DNA of 64,000 nt, from positions 1 through 64,000 of IMG/VR virus record IMGVR_UViG_3300045988_164636; one strand, 5' to 3'. Position numbers and translations under genes: made by a program. Below, piece by piece: positions 60,617 through 64,000 of the stretch (positions are counted from its first letter, which is position 1; the number at the start of each line of letters is the position of its first letter). Below the pieces are notes generated by a model, which had not been told where the DNA came from, did no database searches, and saw only the letters and a program-made list of their open reading frames with translations. The DNA comes from a virus.

Positions 60617-60674
60617 TTGATTTTCTTAAAAATTTATTATAAAATAATTATAGTAAAAAGAAAGAGGAAAAAAT

Positions 60675-62621
60675 ATGAGTAGATTAGAATCATTAATCGA
60701 AGAATTAAATACTGCATCATATAATTATTATAATGGGTTGCCACTTTTAATGTCAGATGAAGAATATGATAAGAAGTATGATGAATTAAAAGAAATTGAA
60801 AAGTCAACTGGACTTATATTATCTAATTCTCCGACCCAAAAAATTGGAGCTTCAATTCTTCCTAATTTGAACAAAATTACTATTACTGATAGACCAATGT
60901 TATCATTAGATAAATGTCACACAATAGAAGAATTAGAAAAATTTTCTAAAAATCAGCTTATGTGTGCAACTTGTAAATGTGATGGTTTATCTGTAAGAAT
61001 TATCTATGAAAACGGAAAAATTGTTTCCGCAAATACAAGAGGAAATGGATTTGAAGGACAGGACATAACTGAGCATATTAAGCATTTTCTTAATGTTCCT
61101 CTCGTAATTCCGACAAGAGATAGGGTAATTGTTGATGGTGAAGCAATAATCTTCATTAAAGATTTTGAAGAAATAAATATAAACAAGGAATTTAAAAATC
61201 CTCGTAATCTTGCGGCAGGTACTTTAGCTAGTCTTGATACTTCACTATGCACTTCTCGAAGAATGAGATTCATAGCTTGGGATTTAATTCAATATGGAAA
61301 TATACAATTTGAAGAATATAATGAAAAATTTGATATTTTATATGATTTAGGTTTTGAATTTGTTATAGGTAATCTAGCTATGGCAGAAGAGTTTGATTAT
61401 ATGAATGATTTATTAAAAGCACAAGCTGCACGATATGCAAGAAAAGGATTACCAATTGATGGTATTGTTTGGCGATTTAATGATGAAAATTTCGATACAA
61501 CTCGTACAGCTAAATTCTTTAATAATGCTATAGCATTTAAGTTTAAAGATGAGGAAGCAGTAAGTACATTATTGGATATAGAGTGGAGCATGGGTAAAAC
61601 TGGAGTTCTTACCCCCGTAGCAATTTTTGAACCCGTAGAACTAGAAGGAACAGAAGTATCTAGGTCTAGTATTCATAATGTAAATATTATGAATGATTTA
61701 GCTCCTAATGGGTGGTATAAGGGATCAAGAGTAACAATTGTTAAATCTAATCAAATAATTCCGCAAATTATAAAAGTAGAACCTCCGAAATTTATTGATA
61801 GTGATGAAATACTTGAACCACCTTTAATGTGTCCGATTTGCGGAAAACCCACATTGATAGAAGATACTGGAAACAGTTTGGTTCTCGTATGCAAAAATCC
61901 AGATTGTGAAGGACAATTATTAAATAGAATTGACCATTTTGTTGGAAAAAAAGGACTAGATATAAAAGGATTATCAAAAGCAACTATTTCTAAATTAATT
62001 TCTTGGAATTGGTTAAATAATATTGATGATGTATTTAATTTGAAAGAATACCGGCAGGAATGGATAAAAAAATCTGGTTTTGGAACTGCTTCTGTTGATA
62101 AAATTTTAAATAAAATAGAAGAAAGAAGAAATGATTGTGAATTATGGCAATTTATTTCTGGGTTAAGTATACCTTTAATTGGTTCAACTTATGCAAAACA
62201 ACTTGCCGCATATTTTAAAACTTGGGATAATTTTTTAAATGCAATAAATCATCATTTTGATTTTTCTTCTCTTGAAGGATTTGGTGATGAGATGCATCGT
62301 TCATTGACAACTTATAATTATACAATAGCATCAAAAATTGCTTCCTTGTTAATTTTTAAAGAAAAGAAAGAAGAATTATCAGATGAATGCAAAGGTTCTA
62401 CTTTCTGTATTACAGGTAAATTATCTCATTTTAAAAATAGAGATGAACTTAAAACTTTGATTGAAAAATGCGGCGGCAAGGTTACTGGAAGTGTAACAGC
62501 TAAAACATCTTTTTTAATTAATAATGATGTTAATAGCAATTCAGCAAAAAATGTTGCCGCACAAAGATTGAATATTCCAATTCTTACAGAAGAAGAATTT
62601 TTAAATATGGTGGGCAAATGA
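60675..62621 (+). CDS. ligA: NAD-dependent DNA ligase
   Basis: Ia domain YYN...MSDEEYD; KCDGLS; TRGNG; Zn finger CPICG...CKNPDC; HhH region; C-terminal BRCT. Confidence 0.95.
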   Translation: MSRLESLIEELNTASYNYYNGLPLLMSDEEYDKKYDELKEIEKSTGLILSNSPTQKIGASILPNLNKITITDRPMLSLDKCHTIEELEKFSKNQLMCATCKCDGLSVRIIYENGKIVSANTRGNGFEGQDITEHIKHFLNVPLVIPTRDRVIVDGEAIIFIKDFEEININKEFKNPRNLAAGTLASLDTSLCTSRRMRFIAWDLIQYGNIQFEEYNEKFDILYDLGFEFVIGNLAMAEEFDYMNDLLKAQAARYARKGLPIDGIVWRFNDENFDTTRTAKFFNNAIAFKFKDEEAVSTLLDIEWSMGKTGVLTPVAIFEPVELEGTEVSRSSIHNVNIMNDLAPNGWYKGSRVTIVKSNQIIPQIIKVEPPKFIDSDEILEPPLMCPICGKPTLIEDTGNSLVLVCKNPDCEGQLLNRIDHFVGKKGLDIKGLSKATISKLISWNWLNNIDDVFNLKEYRQEWIKKSGFGTASVDKILNKIEERRNDCELWQFISGLSIPLIGSTYAKQLAAYFKTWDNFLNAINHHFDFSSLEGFGDEMHRSLTTYNYTIASKIASLLIFKEKKEELSDECKGSTFCITGKLSHFKNRDELKTLIEKCGGKVTGSVTAKTSFLINNDVNSNSAKNVAAQRLNIPILTEEEFLNMVGK

Positions 62622-62806
62622 GAAAAAACCAATTAAAGAATTTATCAAATAAAATTGCAGCACTTGAAAATGAAATAAGATTAGGTAATAATATAGAAAA
62701 AAATGAAAAAGAAATTACTATATTGATGTCAAGACTATCTTTTCAAGAGCTGATACAACTTGAGGAATATTTATCAAATATTTTTGACAATAGCGAAAAT
62801 TTTTGA
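62618..62806 (+). CDS. hypothetical coiled-coil small protein
   Basis: 62-aa ORF, ATGA overlap with ligA. Confidence 0.45.
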   Translation: MRKNQLKNLSNKIAALENEIRLGNNIEKNEKEITILMSRLSFQELIQLEEYLSNIFDNSENF

Positions 62807-62812
62807 TATAAT
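62784..62812 (+). promoter_or_regulatory. early-type promoter TTGACA-17-TGaTATAAT
   Basis: -35 at 62784-62789, -10 at 62807-62812; AAAAATCCCAAAAA box downstream at 62836. Confidence 0.7.
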
Positions 62813-62884
62813 ATATAAGTAATAAGGGAAAAGAAAAATCCCAAAAACAAAAATATTTTTTAGATTTAAAGGAGAAAAAAGGTT

Positions 62885-63163
62885 ATGACAGATAACGCTA
62901 TTAAGGTATTTAACTACATCAAGGAAAACGAAGATAAGAACATTACAGCAGCAGATATTGCTGAAGCAACTGGACTTAATAAGAAGTCAGTAGATGGTAC
63001 AATTACAATGTCGCTTTACAGACATAAGGATGCAGATAAGAATGAAATTCCCCTTGCAGTTCGTGTAGAAGGCGGAGTTGAAGTTGTAAATGGTAAGCCC
63101 AAGGTAATTAAGTATATTAAGCTTACAGATGCAGGTAGAGAATTCGTTCCTACAGAAGACTAA
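62885..63163 (+). CDS. small winged-helix protein (family copy 4)
   Basis: ITAADIAEATGLNKKSVDGTI...; resembles the C-terminal domains of 4439, 10182 and 19678. Confidence 0.55.
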   Translation: MTDNAIKVFNYIKENEDKNITAADIAEATGLNKKSVDGTITMSLYRHKDADKNEIPLAVRVEGGVEVVNGKPKVIKYIKLTDAGREFVPTED

Positions 63164-63227
63164 TTCTATAAATAAAATAAGGAGAAGTAATTTTTGCTTC
63201 TCCTTTTTCTTATTATAAGGAGAAATA

Positions 63228-64000
63228 ATGATCTGGATAATTTTATGTGTTATAATATGCGGCGGCATCATAGTGGCAGCCGCAATTATAAGTAGTAAAT
63301 TAATAAAGAAGATAAAAAAACAATATAATGAACATTTTGAATTATCTAAAGATTTAGAAAAGTTAAAAAATGAAATCTCAAAATGGGATAAAGAAAGAGA
63401 ACAACTTTTCATTTCTAAATTTAAATTGATAACAGAAGTAAATAATTTAAATGAAAAAAGAAACAATTATGTAAATGATATTATAAAAGTAAAAGACGAA
63501 ATCCTTGCGGGCTATCAATCTTATGAAGATAATTTAAATAAGCAATATTTATCTATTGAAGATGATTTTGATAAAAAAATAAGTAATTTACAAGAACGAT
63601 ATGAAAATACTTGTAGTCAGTATTTCTGTGAATTAGAAAAAGCAAAGTTGGAATTAGACAATATAAAAGAAAAAAGAAAAAGAACAGTAGAAGTTTTAAA
63701 TAGAGAACAAACAGAATTAGAAGATGAAGAAAATCATCGTTTAAAAATTACAGCGGCAGATATTGCAGATATAAATACATTAGAAAAAATCCGTCCACAA
63801 CTTTCTAAACCAAGAGTATTAAGTATGTTAATATGGAGTACTTGGTTCCAAAAACCTATGACAGAACTATGCAATAAATTAATTGGTACTTCTGTAAAAA
63901 GTGGGGTTTATAAGATTACTAATATTTTGACTAATGAATGTTATATAGGTCAGGCGACCGATCTAGCTAAAAGACTAAAGGAACACGCTAAATGCGGCTT
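63228..64000 (+). CDS. TM + coiled-coil (DUF4041-like) protein with C-terminal GIY-YIG/T5orf172-type motif; 3' end outside the window
   Basis: Open frame from ATG 63228 (RBS AAGGAGAAA) to the window end; N-terminal TM IWIILCVIICGGIIVAAAII; ...SGVYKITNILTNECYIGQATDLAKRLKEH. Confidence 0.6.
   Translation, partial: MIWIILCVIICGGIIVAAAIISSKLIKKIKKQYNEHFELSKDLEKLKNEISKWDKEREQLFISKFKLITEVNNLNEKRNNYVNDIIKVKDEILAGYQSYEDNLNKQYLSIEDDFDKKISNLQERYENTCSQYFCELEKAKLELDNIKEKRKRTVEVLNREQTELEDEENHRLKITAADIADINTLEKIRPQLSKPRVLSMLIWSTWFQKPMTELCNKLIGTSVKSGVYKITNILTNECYIGQATDLAKRLKEHAKCG

Noticed and set aside
4887-63466. Antisense or alternative-frame ORFs inside long genes (e.g. 4887-5126, 7774-8091, 9625-10036, 17541-17765, 19803-20048, 29384-29787, 37488-37682, 45533-45823, 55040-55390, 59186-59860, 61004-61273, 62987-63466)
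   Set aside because: Each is fully nested in a gene with strong homology or paralogy support, without RBS. Their products are low complexity, as expected from antisense strands of AT-rich coding DNA.
1-64000. Alternative genetic code or suppressor tRNA (as in some large gut phages)
   Set aside because: All long genes, including late structural genes on the minus strand, are intact with the standard bacterial code. No tRNA has a clean CUA, UCA or UUA anticodon in a 7-nt loop. Only the expanded loop at 33282-33357 contains UUA, and that is reported separately.

Overview
The window reads as one contiguous piece of a large, AT-rich (about 30% GC by eye) virulent dsDNA phage. The features fit a low-GC Gram-positive host: a GH25 plus SH3b-type endolysin, sigmaA-like promoters and tRNAs with encoded CCA. 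Layout: (1) 1-11 kb is a host-takeover-like early region of about 30 very small ORFs. Each ORF or short operon sits behind a nearly identical TTGACA-17-TGnTATAAT promoter inside a repeated intergenic cassette. (2) 11-15.3 kb is a distinct module with an 800-bp ORF-free stretch, two paralogous wHTH genes flanking an iteron field, and two paralogous minus-strand genes. Each minus-strand gene has a long perfect palindrome upstream and a convergent antisense promoter downstream. (3) 15.3-27.2 kb holds small genes driven by a second promoter class (A/T tract plus TGTTATAAT, no -35), with several paralog families: Cys-rich, kinase-like and Zn-ribbon. (4) Three tRNA islands (27.2-28.1, 30.4-31.3, 33.3-35.0 kb) carry 15 tRNA or tRNA-like genes, several non-canonical. 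One has a 49-nt tRNA-like minihelix nested in its anticodon loop, two are class-I tRNAs with anticodon CAA, two have C33 loops, and one has an expanded loop. Long ORF-free structured spacers separate them. (5) 35.6-48.7 kb encodes a DUF2828/Ro60-like vWA protein, collagen-like and collar-domain tail fibres, a minus-strand lysis cassette (GH25 endolysin, holin) and minus-strand fibre/baseplate genes. (6) 48.8-64 kb encodes nucleic-acid enzymes: an Rnl5-type RNA ligase, two metallophosphoesterases, PIN-PhoH, GNAT, RNase H, a GyrA-like subunit and NAD-dependent DNA ligase. It also holds a GyrB-like gene split by a group I intron carrying a GIY-YIG homing endonuclease, and a partial DUF4041/GIY-YIG gene at the window end. 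I saw no rRNA, CRISPR array, integrase or evidence of stop-codon recoding. The pentamer TGCGG/CCGCA looks strongly over-represented everywhere, in all frames and on both strands. All calls come from reading the sequence and translations by eye; no database search or folding program was run.
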